64,000 nucleotides of DNA from Neophaeotheca triangularis. Lineage: Eukaryota. Positions within the stretch are counted from its first letter, which is position 1, and each line of letters starts with the position of its first letter. The stretch covers positions 186,001-250,000 of the forward strand of contig BAAIJX010000007.1 in the NCBI GenBank assembly GCA_054600435.1, written 5' to 3'. The position numbers and the translations under genes were made by a program. The notes under the pieces were generated by a model. It made no database searches. It was not told the origin of the DNA and was given only the letters and a program-made list of their open reading frames with translations. Shown here piece after piece: positions 38,492 to 50,808 of this stretch.

Positions 38492-40541
38492 CTACGTAGA
38501 GCCTGCCGCATCACCATTGCCATGATGGCTGGCTTCTCGAGCTCTCAACTCACTACCAGCCCCATCGGCAGCAACACTGACACCGCTAGCGCTTGCAGCC
38601 GTCGTCGTCGTCGTTTCGCCCTCACCAGACGCAGACGTAGCAATAGCCCCACTGACACCCGCAGCCTTCGCGTCTCCAGAATCCCCACCCTCAGTCCCGT
38701 GACCTTCGCCCTGCTGCTCCCGCCCCTGCTCTTGCTGCCGCTCCTCCAAAGCCCTCACCCTCTCCGTCTCCCTCCGAGCCTCCTCAATCTCCGCTTCCGC
38801 CCGTCTCCTCTCCTCCGCCTCTCGAGCCCTCACATGCGCCTCGCCAACCCCAGGCCACAGACTCGCGACAAAAAGCGCCACCGCCCGCTCCAGCGGCCTA
38901 ACCTGCTCCCGCCACCAGGGCAACGGTCCAGCCTGCCTCTCCCTCTGCTCGCGCATCAGCCGTTCCGCAACCTGTTCAGGGGTGGGCATGGCGCGTCTGG
39001 CAGCCTGTCCAGCACCTCCACGCTCGCGCCCTCCTTCCCCCTCTCCCTCAGGCCTCGCTTCCTCCCCCCTCCCACCCCCCGGTACGCCCACGAGACCTTC
39101 CCACCACCCGCGCACAGCGCCACCGATACCGTTCTGGGCGTTCAGAACTCCCACGCGAACCAGCCAGTACGTCACCGCGAGGGCCACGAGCGCCATGGGG
39201 CGGCGCCAGCCCATGCTCGAGCCGAGGAGGAAGTAGGCGAAGATGAGGATGCGAAAGAGGAACCAGAGGTGTGCGAGAAGCGGTTGGAAGGGTGCGAGGG
39301 GGTCTTGAGCTTGAGCTTGAGCTTGGGCTTGTGCTTGGGCCGGAGCAGCGTTGGGTTGTTGTTGTTGCTGCTGTTGGTTCGCTTGGCCTGGTGCGCCGGG
39401 TATATTGGCGGCGGCCGCTCCGGTTCGTTGTGCGCCTTGACTCGGCGGGTTGTGTTGCTGGGTCTGCCCGTTGACAACACTGTGCGTTGGTGTCGCCGAG
39501 CGGCCCAATGTCGAGTTGGCAAGAACTGGATGGGCGTTGGATCGAGCGAACGAGCCAGTAAATGCGCCATGTTCCGGTGAAAAGAGCAAAGCTTGTGGTC
39601 CCTGGGGTCCGGATAGTAGATAGCACGTTGTCTCGCTGTTGGCTTGCGGCTGTCGACTCTCTGGCGTAGTCCTTGCCCCTGCTGCCGCCTGCTGTCTAGC
39701 CTGTAAGTTCTCAATACGCTGATGCAATTCCGCGAATGGCATGTGATTAGCTGGGGTGGGCTGAGGAGCCGTAGCGCTCCTACTACCCGGGACCCGGGCG
39801 CTGCGCAGCCCGAAAGGGTCAATGTAGCCATCTAGTGCCTGCGTTCTCTGCCGCAGGTCATCCAATCTACTCCTCTGCTCGTCGATTGTACCCCCATCAT
39901 TCCTGATTTCGTCCAACATGCGCCTCATCTCTGCCAAATTGTCCCTCGCTCTGTCAAGCGCGGATGGACCGGGCTGTTGCGGCTGACTACCTATCCCGTA
40001 TTGGGGCATGCCCGGCATCATGGGAGGCATGCCAGCCGGCTGCCGCCGTCCTCCAATCATCGGACCTCCGCCTTGGCCGTGACTGAAGTGCGGGAATTGC
40101 AAAGTTTGCTGATGAATAGCAAAGCGCTGGCCATTCGGTCCCATCCCCTGAACGTGGAAGCCTTGACCGCTTACAGGGCGCTGCTGCCCCGGTTGTTGTA
40201 GTTGTTGAGCCCCATTTGCAGCGACCGAATCTTGCGTACCTTGCACATTAGCATCCTGGCCAGCATTCGGGTTCGCCTGTTGGGAATGATCCGTCGCTTG
40301 CGCTTGGGTGCCCTCGCCGGCTCCCCCTTGACCGTGCGTACTGGGCGTGTGTCCTCCTACACCCTGCATACCCATTGCAGCACGCTGCTGCTGTTGCTGC
40401 CCTAAAGCCTGATTGAAGCCGGCACCTGGGAAGAGTCGCGCGCCAGAAGGGATTGCGGAAGTAGCAGGAGCTGGAGTTCCGGCAACAACGGGATTCGCTC
40501 CTCGCTGTATCTGTGAGAGAAAGCGCTGCTGAGCCTGCAGC

Positions 40542-40602
<61 letters not shown>

Positions 40603-41002
40603 ACTGCTGAGCCTGGGGGGATAGGTTCGGCATCGAAGGAGGTTGCGGTATAGCTCGCGATTGGGGCAAAGAGCCACTCGTCCCATTCTGTGGCTCCTTG
40701 ATAACGAGATGCATAGTATACTCAGTCTGCTCCGGGTCTCTATGAATGTTGAGCACGTCCGCTAGCGACTGCTCATTGTCGACCAACGCTCTTCCCGCAT
40801 AAAGAAGGCGCTGCCTCTCAGGAGGCGGATGCCCACGAAGCTCCTCTTGAATAGTCTTGCGCACATCTGCAATTTTTTGCTGCACGAGAAAGTCGCCCAA
40901 GCGCAAGCTGTCGGTGCCGTTGTGATTGTGAGATGGCGCGACTTTGATGTGGATCACGATGGTTGTCGGAGGCTCTCGCTGCCTTGGAGAAGCTGAAGCC
41001 AT
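38492..41002 (-). CDS. Ubiquitin-like-domain membrane protein (Herp/Usa1-like ERAD scaffold)
   Basis: N-terminal UBL (HPPPERQRLLYAGRAL), Q-rich middle, C-terminal TM hairpin (LWFLFRILIFAYFLL) and LFVASLWPG motif. Confidence 0.8.
40541..40600 (-). repeat. Coding CAG/CAA trinucleotide repeat (about 20 Gln)
   Basis: (CTG)n(TTG)n on the + strand, within the UBL gene. Confidence 0.92.
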
Positions 41003-41358
41003 GGTGACTTGAGATGACGCTTTCGGGCCCGTGTTTGAATATACGCAACTCCCTATCGCATTGTCGCACTGTTTGTCGTAGGTTTAAAGAGACCTTGATT
41101 GTCTGTTTGGTAGGATAAAGCAAGGCTTCCAGCTGGCTTCAACTTTCTGGAGCTCACTGAGAGCTGCCGCCCCGAGGTGGAGGAGTTTCGTTTAGTCAGC
41201 ATTCAAGATCTTGGCGACGAGAAGGTATTGATACAGAAACGACTGTCCGATTCTGTTATGGTGTTATGACCTGACGATAACAGCACATTGTCACAAACGT
41301 ACGATGACTACAAGGTTGTTCATGGCACTACATCTATCTTCTTCGAGTTGCGGCTGTA

Positions 41359-43113
41359 CTACCCAAAAGCATGCTCCTCCTCACCCAACACTCGGCCCTC
41401 AATCCTATCACCATAGACACCACCATCCAAAATCCATTGCTCATTATCATCATTATCATCTTGCACCCTCCTCCACGTGTTCTTCTTCTCCCTCCCTGCC
41501 GCCTCCCTGCCCTTACCCTTGTCTACCTTGGCCGTCGGCCTCACCAACCCCTTTGCTAGAGGGTTGTTGCTGAAAGCACCGCCATTACCACCACCACTAG
41601 CACCCTCCGGCGCGGGCGGAAGGAAGTCTTCGACCTCTTCGTCCGTAGCCTCGGCGCCGAAATCAGGCTTCTCCTTCTCCGCCATTCTACGCACGACCTT
41701 GCCACCTTTCAGGTCGATACTGGCGACGACCTGGCGTTTCTCGTACTCTGGCCGAGAATTCCACTCAATCTCCCTCAAGACCTTTTGCTGCCGCTTGAGC
41801 TGTTGTGCGCGCTCGGCAGGGGAAGCCCACATGTTGGTGCCGGAGGTCGGGATGTCGTAATCGGCCGCTTCGTCGTGAATCTGCGTTCTGCGTGCGTTGT
41901 TTGCTTGGAAAGTGAGGAGCTTGTCGCGGTGTGCTTTGGCCTGAGATTTGGCCGAGGAAGCCTCTTCGTCGTCGGAAGCGGCTGGTGTGGCTGCGGCGGA
42001 GGATGAAAATGGAGTAGAGCGGCCTGATGCGGTGCCTGAGGTTTGCGCGAGAAAATCTCGGCCTGTGAATGCGCGCGATTTGCCGTAGCCCACGTCGGCC
42101 TTTTTTTGCGTGGCATTGTTTGCCCTCATTCTCTCCTCTCCTCGCTCCTCCTTCAACACCCGCACTATGCTTGAGATGTCGCTGCTGCTTAGCAGAGGCT
42201 GCTCGCAAAAGGTGCAAGGGCCTAGGCCTTCCTTTACGCAAATGACCTTCCCACAGTTCAAACAATTAGGTGCCATATCAAGGAGAGGATGTCTTGTAGC
42301 CATGCAATTGCATTGCCGCTTCTTGTTGTCCACGGCCGAAGCCGCGGATTGCGATGGGTTCGTTTGAACTTCCAAGCTCCTTATCGCCGCGTCAAGATCC
42401 GTCAGAGCGGTTGACGCCCCATGCATAGCGGTACCGCCCGTGACATTGACCTTTGTCTTTGCGCGGGCAGGTGATGCTGTTCGCGAGGTCTGCTTCGAAA
42501 TTCTCCCCTCTAGCGCATCGCCCACCATCTGCCCAGAGGCGCCCGGTGGCAGCTTTGGTGTGACGGGCTTGCTGGTGAGTGTGGCATCGTCGGTGATCAG
42601 CGGCATTTGGGCAGCATCAGCAGGTTTGTTTTGCAGAGCCAAGTTGTCCGAGACCTGTTCCTTGTGCGCCTGTCTCTCCTTGACATGCCTCGGTAGGTAG
42701 TCTTGCTCATCTTGTTTGCGATATGCACCTGCGACGTTGCCCGCGCCCTCCACCTGTCTCGCGGGTAGCGCGTGAATGTTCTTCCTCTTTTTCGGGCCTC
42801 TTCTATCTGCTCGTGGTACACCGGAAGCTTCCGCTGGTACAGGACTTTTGTTCGAATTCGCATTGTTTGTAGGGGCGTTTCTGGACTGTTGCGCGTTTGA
42901 GGTTTGGTCGGGCGCTCTTTGCCGCCTCGAATTGAAGCTGCCAATGAACTCAAGAGCTTTCGGGTCCGTTCCCAGTAAGTTGCCCAAGTGTTCAGCGGCC
43001 TGGTCCTTGGGAAGCGTGTCTGCGTAAGTTATGATTTGCTTCAAGCTGTCATCATCAAGTGGGAGCAGCTGTTGGAGTCGGGGGAGCGCCCATTGTTGTA
43101 ATTGTGCTGCCAT
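41359..43113 (-). CDS. RQT4: zf-C2HC5 protein, TRIP4/ASC-1-like RQT complex subunit
   Basis: CNCMATRHPL...NCLNCGKVICVKEGLGPCTFC zinc finger, RDKLL, IHDEAADY. First ATG at 43113. Confidence 0.88.
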   Translation of the reverse strand: MAAQLQQWALPRLQQLLPLDDDSLKQIITYADTLPKDQAAEHLGNLLGTDPKALEFIGSFNSRRQRAPDQTSNAQQSRNAPTNNANSNKSPVPAEASGVPRADRRGPKKRKNIHALPARQVEGAGNVAGAYRKQDEQDYLPRHVKERQAHKEQVSDNLALQNKPADAAQMPLITDDATLTSKPVTPKLPPGASGQMVGDALEGRISKQTSRTASPARAKTKVNVTGGTAMHGASTALTDLDAAIRSLEVQTNPSQSAASAVDNKKRQCNCMATRHPLLDMAPNCLNCGKVICVKEGLGPCTFCEQPLLSSSDISSIVRVLKEERGEERMRANNATQKKADVGYGKSRAFTGRDFLAQTSGTASGRSTPFSSSAAATPAASDDEEASSAKSQAKAHRDKLLTFQANNARRTQIHDEAADYDIPTSGTNMWASPAERAQQLKRQQKVLREIEWNSRPEYEKRQVVASIDLKGGKVVRRMAEKEKPDFGAEATDEEVEDFLPPAPEGASGGGNGGAFSNNPLAKGLVRPTAKVDKGKGREAAGREKKNTWRRVQDDNDDNEQWILDGGVYGDRIEGRVLGEEEHAFG

Positions 43114-43996
43114 GGCTACTAGGTAGTACCTTTGAATGGGATTATAAGGGCAACAGTATCCAAGTATCATTCACCAACACCCATAGAGCTCTATGTGCAG
43201 GGCACGATTGAAAGAGAAGTATTGACGTAAGGTAGCTGCCAAAACGCGCGGGCGGCTTGACCGTCCATGCGGCGGCAAGTAGGCATGCAGGCGAGGCAGC
43301 TGGGCCGACTGTGGCCGGCTCGTCGATCGGGCTGGCCGAGCCGATAGTGCCGGCGCCAGTCGCGGTTGTATAGGCGCGCGTGGTCGCGCTGCAGGCTGCT
43401 GGTTGGGAAGAGGGACGGTCCGCCAACACATGTCGGTTTTTCCAGCAGCCTGGCGTGGCAGACGGCCAGCACGGGAGAGCCGCTTGCTTTATGCCAACCT
43501 CAATTCACTTGCCAGATTGCTCGCCTTTGCTATTCCATGTATATGACTTATCCCTTGCAGAATTCTGTCAACTTTGGAACGGGACCGCAGAGGTGAATGG
43601 CGACGAAAGAATTTATGCGCTACTCTGGGGCACCGAGCTGCTACTTCTGGCCCATAGAAGCCATTCTGTGCGCAGGCCTAGCAATAGGCAGCCCACCACT
43701 GTCAAAAGCTGGCCATAGCTATCTGGCTGATCGAAGCTACGAGATACGATAACACGCGGCCTAGAGCCGCTGCAAAAACCACTATAGCCACCCAAAACCT
43801 CGCCACTGTGCTGCGTCGCTGAATCCGAAAACGACAGGCTAGTGGTATATCCCTTTGAAAGCTGTTACTGCTGAACGTAGCCACCCGAAAGCCCAAGCAA
43901 ACAGCCAAACTCCATTGTAAACACTGTCGTCCACCCTTGAGAATACTTCATAGTCGTCGATAAGGCCATAAAGGAATATTTCCTATCTTCGTCGTT

Positions 43997-45598
43997 TCAA
44001 GGCAGGTCAGTCTGTACACCAACGTCCCTGAAATCCTCTCTACGCCTCGGCCCACTGGAGGCTCCTTCCGTGGCATGTCCGCTGTAATCTGCTGAACCAG
44101 TCAGCAAAGAATCTACATGGGTCCACCAGTTATTGGAAAAATCATACTGATGTCGGTCGTCGTACGCTCATCCTGCTTCTGTCCTCCAACGAGTTCTCCA
44201 ATCCTCACGCCTTGACGCTGTGCGGCTCCAGATCCGGGAGTTGGAGTGCGTCCCTCGCGAATGGGCATATTCGGCGCAAGTCCGTTAGACGTTGGAGGCT
44301 GGGGCGTGCCCGACTGGCCCAAATTCTGTGGCGACGAAGATGCGCGCTGTGCGTCAAAGGAGAATGTAGCGCTTTGGGGTGACGCGCGACGCCCGTCTTG
44401 CTGGCCATGAGCGTAATACGGCTGGGCTTGTGTAGGATACGAGGCATTTGAAGAGTTGGGCGAACCTGCAACAGGGGTCAGACCAGAATGATCTGGGTAT
44501 TTGAAAAGCGGAGCGCCATCATTGGCAAGATTCTGACCTTGAGCAGCCGGGTTTGGCGGCGGCAGTGTCGGAGTGTGTGGCTCTTCGTTGACCCTCTTGC
44601 GCCCGGCCTCTTGTGGCGCCTGCATTTGTGCGACTTGCGGCTGACCATTCATCTGCTGCTGCTGAGGAGGCGGCCCATACATTTGTTGCTGCTGAGGTGG
44701 GTACCCTTGTGGTGGAGGCGGGTACTGACCCTGCTGCTGCGGTTGTCCTTGTTGTGGGGTACCGGGGGGTGGGTAAGGATCGTTGCGACCACCTTGCTGC
44801 TGCTGTTGCTGCTGTTGTTGTTGTTGTTGGGGGGGAAGAGGTTGACCGTAGGCACCGTAGAGTTGCGTGTTGGGTGGAGCGTTCTGGCCGCGCCAGACGG
44901 TATGCGCCGGCACGAAAGCTTGCGTTTGCGCCGAGACTGGTGTGAAGACACACTCTTGCGAAAAGCGCTGGCAGTTCGTGCAACGTCCATCCTCTGACTG
45001 GTCAAAACCAGAGCATCGAATCTAGAGACAGCAGTTAGTGCGAAGTCCTTCCATTCCTCTAGCTGTTGTAGTCGGTTTCGCGTACCTTGCGTCTGCGGCA
45101 GTACCTGCATGCGATGGCGGTGCGCTGTCGAGGAGCTGGTTGGGCAGGCGCATACTGCATCTGGGGCTGGTATGGAGGGGGAAACATTTGCTGAGGCGGA
45201 GGGAGCGCGCGATACTGGTCAGGATGTTGCGGTTGGAGCGTCTGCATGGTCGGGCCTTGTGGAAGGGCTTGAGAGATTGGCGGAATCTGCTTTACGCCGT
45301 CAGCGTCAGCAACAGCGTCGCTTGCGAGTTGCGGATCTATCGCCATTTCGCTGGCAGCGCGGTGTGTGTGGGGAAGGTAGTTTGCGAGTAAGGCGTTGTT
45401 GTTGCTTTGCGTAGGAAGATGCAAGTTGCGACGCGAAGTTCGCGATTGCGTAACAGGTGAAGTGCTTGGCGGGGAACTTACTTGTTGACCAGGTCTTGGC
45501 GCAAATTGACCATTGGGAGGTTGCGGCGACCAAGATGGAGGAGGCTGCGGCGTGGCATTCGGATTCCATTGCCCATTTTGCTGGGGTTGCTGGTACAT
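43997..45598 (-). CDS. Zn(II)2Cys6 transcription factor, P/Q-rich; exons 45598-45482, 45286-45086, 45021-44148, 44091-43997 (stop at 44113 if the last intron is retained)
   Basis: Intron 45085-45022 joins RQRTAIACRYCRRRK to IRCSGFDQSEDGRCTNCQRFSQEC, giving a complete C6 cluster. It resembles McrA-type regulators from memory, not verified. Confidence 0.88.
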
Positions 45599-46149
45599 GG
45601 TGTTTGAGTTGGGCTGACTTGCGACTTGGCAAATGAGGTGGAATCGGTGGCGTGGCGGCAGTAAGTAGCTACTCTAGCTAGAGTCGTCGGGTTGCTCAAG
45701 CAATCTCTGACTGGATCGTGAAGTGTCCGTTCAAATACGGATGAGCGGTGTCGAAGGTGAGGTCGCACAAGCAAGGAGCGGCCCGTCGGGTTTATTGAGC
45801 TAGAATAGTCAATGGCTTGAAAGGATGAAATTGTAACCCTTTGTTGCTGTTGTGCGAAATGGTCCGAGACGGTGTGGGCGGCAGACGACTGTCTATGGAT
45901 GGTCAAACGTAGGACAGCGGGAGTAAATGTCGATTGACAGATGGTGACACGCCGGTCGTCGTGGTCAAATGCGCTCGTGAATGCGGACGCGCGCGCGCTG
46001 CAGAGAGGCAGATATGTATTGGTGAAAGACGAGACGCACCGGGCGTTGCACGGCAGTAGAGGTTGGGCCAAAGTGAAGATGCACCTACTACGCCGACGCA
46101 ATGCGAGGGAGAAGGGGTCGAGAGAGGTCACGGTGAGGTCAAGGCGAGA

Positions 46150-46197
46150 ATAGGTAGGTTAGGTAGGTGAGGTGAATGAGGTGAGGTGAGGTGAGGT
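46150..46197. repeat. Imperfect (AGGT)/(GAGGT)n repeat upstream of the C6 factor
   Basis: TAGGTAGGTTAGGTAGGTGAGGTGAATGAGGTGAGGTGAGGTGAGG read directly. Confidence 0.8.
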
Positions 46198-49100
46198 TCA
46201 AACTGGCAGTGCGGGTAGGCAGAGGGAGCGGGAGAAGCCTGAAGGTGAAGGGCGGCGGCGGGTGAGGGAAAGATGAAGCAACCCGGCGGAGAGGAAACGA
46301 GCCGGGACCCGACGCTTTTGTTGACTCCCACGGTCAGCTGCGGCGTCGTGTTTGAATGGCTCCCTAGCGATTAGTCTTCTCGAGATGGTGGCAGACGAGC
46401 ACAGGGTGAACAAGGCCCGGCACGCTTAAGCCAGGGAACCCAGGGTCGGATCGACTCTAATAAGTGTACCCGGTACGTCCATGTGCCTCTAGGGCTCTAA
46501 TGCAAGGCAGTTCCAATCTAATAAACGAACAACAGACTGCTTGTCCACGCCACCTGCATCTGCCGCGGACACTCGCGGCTGGGAGTGGTGGTGAGTATGT
46601 ACACGGATTGTGGATGGATACTCTACTACATGTCAACCACAGTGATAGAGAGCAATCTATCTACACCTGTCTCTCCACTGCGACTGCTGCGGCTACCTCC
46701 TAATGGCGCGCTGACGCTGCGGAGGCACGTACAAAAGCACCTGGCGTACCATATGGACATGCATAGTAGTAACCGCACTACTACCCGGGTTCGACTACAT
46801 TGGTACTGCTAGCGCTAAGCTCTAGAAAGACGCACGCAGATCGCCGGCCGGAACGCACCAGGTCCCAGTCCTCAACCCACTACGGCCCACGAGTAGTAGC
46901 GACTCGGAGTCAGTAGTATTATTACTATCATTTTGCATTCGCGGTGGAAGTGCTCGATGGCCGCTGTGACTGGTGCAAGCCAGCCGCGTATTCGCGAGCA
47001 AAATCTGGTAGGGCCCACTGTTCGTAGGCAGTTGCGACTTTGCGGCCGAGAGTAGTGAGACTCTGAGTAGTGACGCTCTATTCGTCGCTTGCTACGGTTT
47101 GCGGCTGCTACTATCGCTGGACGTCCGAAAAATGATGACAGACGAGGGTTGGTGGAGCTGCGACTAGCGATGGACAAAAAACCGACGTTCCATGTTCCTT
47201 TTCTGCCCGCGTCACACGAGGCGCAGAAACCGCAGATCTCTCAGCGGCTACTTGCCTTGCGGCTTGCCTCCTCGGTCCGCCTCGCGTGGCAGAAGAACCC
47301 TGCCCTCGCTTTAGTGTAACCCACAGGCTTGTGGGCTGTGGCGGCCGCGCTGCATCGGCTTTCCCGTGACCCGTCAACGCCCGTGTCTGTTGCAGATGTA
47401 CCTCGTACTCAAGTACTTCTGTTGTATGTACTGTAGTCTGTATGCATTGTACATAACCTACCTTGATGCATGCCGCCCGCCTTGCACCTGCAGTCTGCCG
47501 TTGGCCTGTTGGTGAGCTCTTTGCCGCCGACTGCCTTTGCTGTGCGTTTACCTCGCAGCTCGACCTGCTCACCTGAGCTGCTAGTCCAGACTAATAAGGT
47601 ATATGTATGTACTATTGTGCCTCGACAGCGGAGACGTATACTGTATGTGCCCACCACGTCACATGCCGTCCTTCGAGAGCCGAGGACAAGTGTGCCACAC
47701 GACAGGGATATGAAAATGGGGTGCCTGGACGCAAAAATCGGACATTGGACGGCTGAATCGACGAATCAAAACCCCGGATGCATTCTTTTACCCTTGGCAC
47801 ACGAGCTACCAAGGCAGGGACAATAATAATGTATTGGTGGACGGGGGAAGACTCGGAAGTGCTACAGAGGCGGGCGGCCGGGGCGGATCATCCCAACGCG
47901 CAGTCTACTAAATCCCTCCAGGGGTACCACTGTACCCGGTACGTGCGATGATGCGAGCGAACACTCGAGCTTGCACCAATAGAGGCATGGACAGACAAGG
48001 AAAAATAACCATGGCCCCGTCAGAACTCAGACGGCACCCATCCCCATCTAGCCGTTTGAGAAAACGATTGTTGACACAACGTCCACGCGTTTGCCAGTCG
48101 GGGATTTGACATTACATTTCGGAAGAAGCGTCAAGTTCCCCAGGAGGTGACCGATGGATCAAACCTTGAAATTAGATCAAAAATATGCCATGCTGATCCA
48201 TCATCCAAAACCCAACTTACCGTGACTCGGAATGGAGCATGAAGCTAATAACTACCAAAGATCTTTCGCTGATGATGTGGCAGCATCACATCGTCACTAC
48301 TTTCACATCGAAATAGATCCCTCAGGAATTGTGCTCACAAGCAGGACATGAATGTATCATTTTGCTTCAGTCCTTCTCGCCATGACATTCTCGTATCTAA
48401 ACGACTCGGCAAGGTGTTCCGAACTGGCTGACTACATACATTTATTTGCCACTCGTTGTTCACTACTACTGCTGTGCCAACACACCTCAACAAGGCAACG
48501 CATCTCCCGATCCTTCGCCGACCCTAAAGCGACCCCTTCCAGAGTTATGTACGGAAGCGGCGCGAAGGAGCGGTTCGCAAAAACCTTCTCACGTCTACCA
48601 TACTCTACTGAATCTTGGTACGCCGGGTGGAAGCTAAAAAAGGTATTTGATAGAGGTGATTTAGCAGTGATTATCAATATGAAGGGATAATGCGCCTTGT
48701 TAACCGACATTACGAATAACCGGTCAAGGTTAACAGTCTTTTCAGACAGGCATACCCCTTTCATCAAAGGCATTTTGGTGTCGTAATCGCGCAAAACCGA
48801 CAGAGTCGATCAAATTCTTTGCGGGGTCAGCAAGCACCTAGCTAGACCCAAAACAAACCCTTGGTGGGAGCAAAGTGCCGCTCGTGGCACTGTGGGTTAG
48901 ACTATAATATTGGAATATGGAGCCGAGCAAGAGAAACTTGCCCCTGTTGGCGAAGGAAGCAGAAAACTCTAGTAGCTCTGCAACAAAGAATTTCTTTGCT
49001 GCTCACGCAATTTTACGCGAATGTGTTATGGGGCCTTGCCGAGATGTTTTCTGCAGGATGGTGCCTCCCGCAAACGACTCTCAACTTAATTCACCTGGCG

Positions 49101-50808
49101 CTGCTGCGGCATGGGTAAGTATGTACTAGTAGTGCATGATGCACGCTTTTAGCTGCAGGAGTGACAAAGGTCGAGATTATTGAGCGCAATCAAGCGATGG
49201 AGAGCTGGGTCGTCAATCAACAATTTACAGAGGGGGGGGGGGCCGGGAAGCTTCCTGGCAGCTGTACGGTGGTGTACCTCCTATCGCTCGTCCGACAGGG
49301 CTAAGATCGCTTATAACTAACTGGTGGCACAGCAGAGTAGAGAGAAAAGGCACCGCCGCTGAGCGACAGGGATGCCCCCTCACGTGACGGGAAGCAGCTG
49401 CGGCTCGCCGAAGCGTCCGGCGGTACACTAAAGCGTTGGTGCCTTTTTGGACGTCTCTCACTCTGACGAATGGCTGCCCAGATGTGCATATGGAGCATGT
49501 AAACGGGGTCGATGTGGTCGGACCGTCGATGAGGCAAGACTTGTCGGAAACGGGGGGCGGCTCAGTACCTAATTCCCTCACGGAAAGCCTCTCGGGCTGC
49601 ACCGTCGTCGTAACAGCAAGATTATTGTTGTCGGTAGGCTCGACGGTGCAGGGTACATCGCGGTCGGTAAACACAGCAGCGCGTTGTTGTCGTCGGGTGT
49701 CTACGTGTCCAGCGCATGATGCGACGAGATGGTGTGAGCGGAGGAATGGGGCGACTGTACGTTGTTGTCGTGTACCGATCCTTGCAGCTGTCTCGCTTGA
49801 TGGTTGCTGATGCGTTGTTCATCTTCCACAGCGTTGCATGCGAGGCTCTTGGAGCACGCCTTACCACACACCTACATTCTCTGTCTCGAGACCCTGAATC
49901 TTGCTTCTTCGGTGATGCAGGATTGGCACGTGTATGCGCCATGTCACCATCTGCATACAGTTCGACAGGATAAATGGTCACGTGGAGACCGTGTTGTCGA
50001 GGCAGTGCGTTGGTGGTGATTGCACGCTACCACCATTAGATAGTATCGACGGGCGAGCAATGAACCGCTTAGAAGAAGATGTGCTACGCGCTATTGATCT
50101 CTTCTCAATCTCTAGCAAGCATGCCTCGTGACCTCCATTTCCCCCTCTTTCTCTTTCTACTCTTTTAGATCCTAGCAAAGTCCAGTTCGTAGAGCCAAGT
50201 CCTCTCTCACTATCACCCAACTGGGCTGTACCTCCTACAAGCCAACCCTATCAACTACTGTATGTCCACCCAGCAACCAAGCCAACCAACTTGCTCAACC
50301 CAAACATATACAAGAGAGTTACAGCGTTTTCGTATCGTCCCCCGCACACCACTCCCACTTTAGAGAGTCTAGGGAGCTTGTGCAGTCTAGGGAGTCTGCG
50401 GAGTCAAAGGAACCCGCGGAGTCGAGGGAGCCTACACATCCTCCCTTACGCCTGCAATGCGATCAATGCGAATGGCCTTTCTCTAACAGACAGAGTTACG
50501 ACAACCACGGAAAGGGCTGCATGACATGTCCTTGTAGAAACCCGACTCGAGGGCAGAATCGACACCGGACAGCACTGAATTCATGCGATATATAGCGTGA
50601 TTCCAGCATTTATCTGGCCCGTTGAACGAATGCAGCACTTCCCAGCCCTCTTGCTCTTCCAGGGTTCGAAGTAGCCGCACCGTACTGGGTTCTCCATGCA
50701 ACAAGCATGACTGCTGTTGCGGCAATGTCTGTCGGATGCGCCTTTTAAGAGCAGCGGCTCAGCAGCCTACCCTACTCTTTATCAACGAACGTCCTACGAT
50801 TCTTTGTC

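Noticed and set aside
38399..39580. Long antisense or alternative-frame ORFs (also 1092-1685, 12270-13019, 31176-32045, 33940-34725, 27795-28496)
   Set aside because: Shadow frames of GC-rich genes with clear motifs on the other strand or frame; low-complexity, unrecognisable products.
46785..46800. GGTTCGA T-loop-like motifs (also near 50663)
   Set aside because: No flanking T-stem or cloverleaf; not tRNAs.
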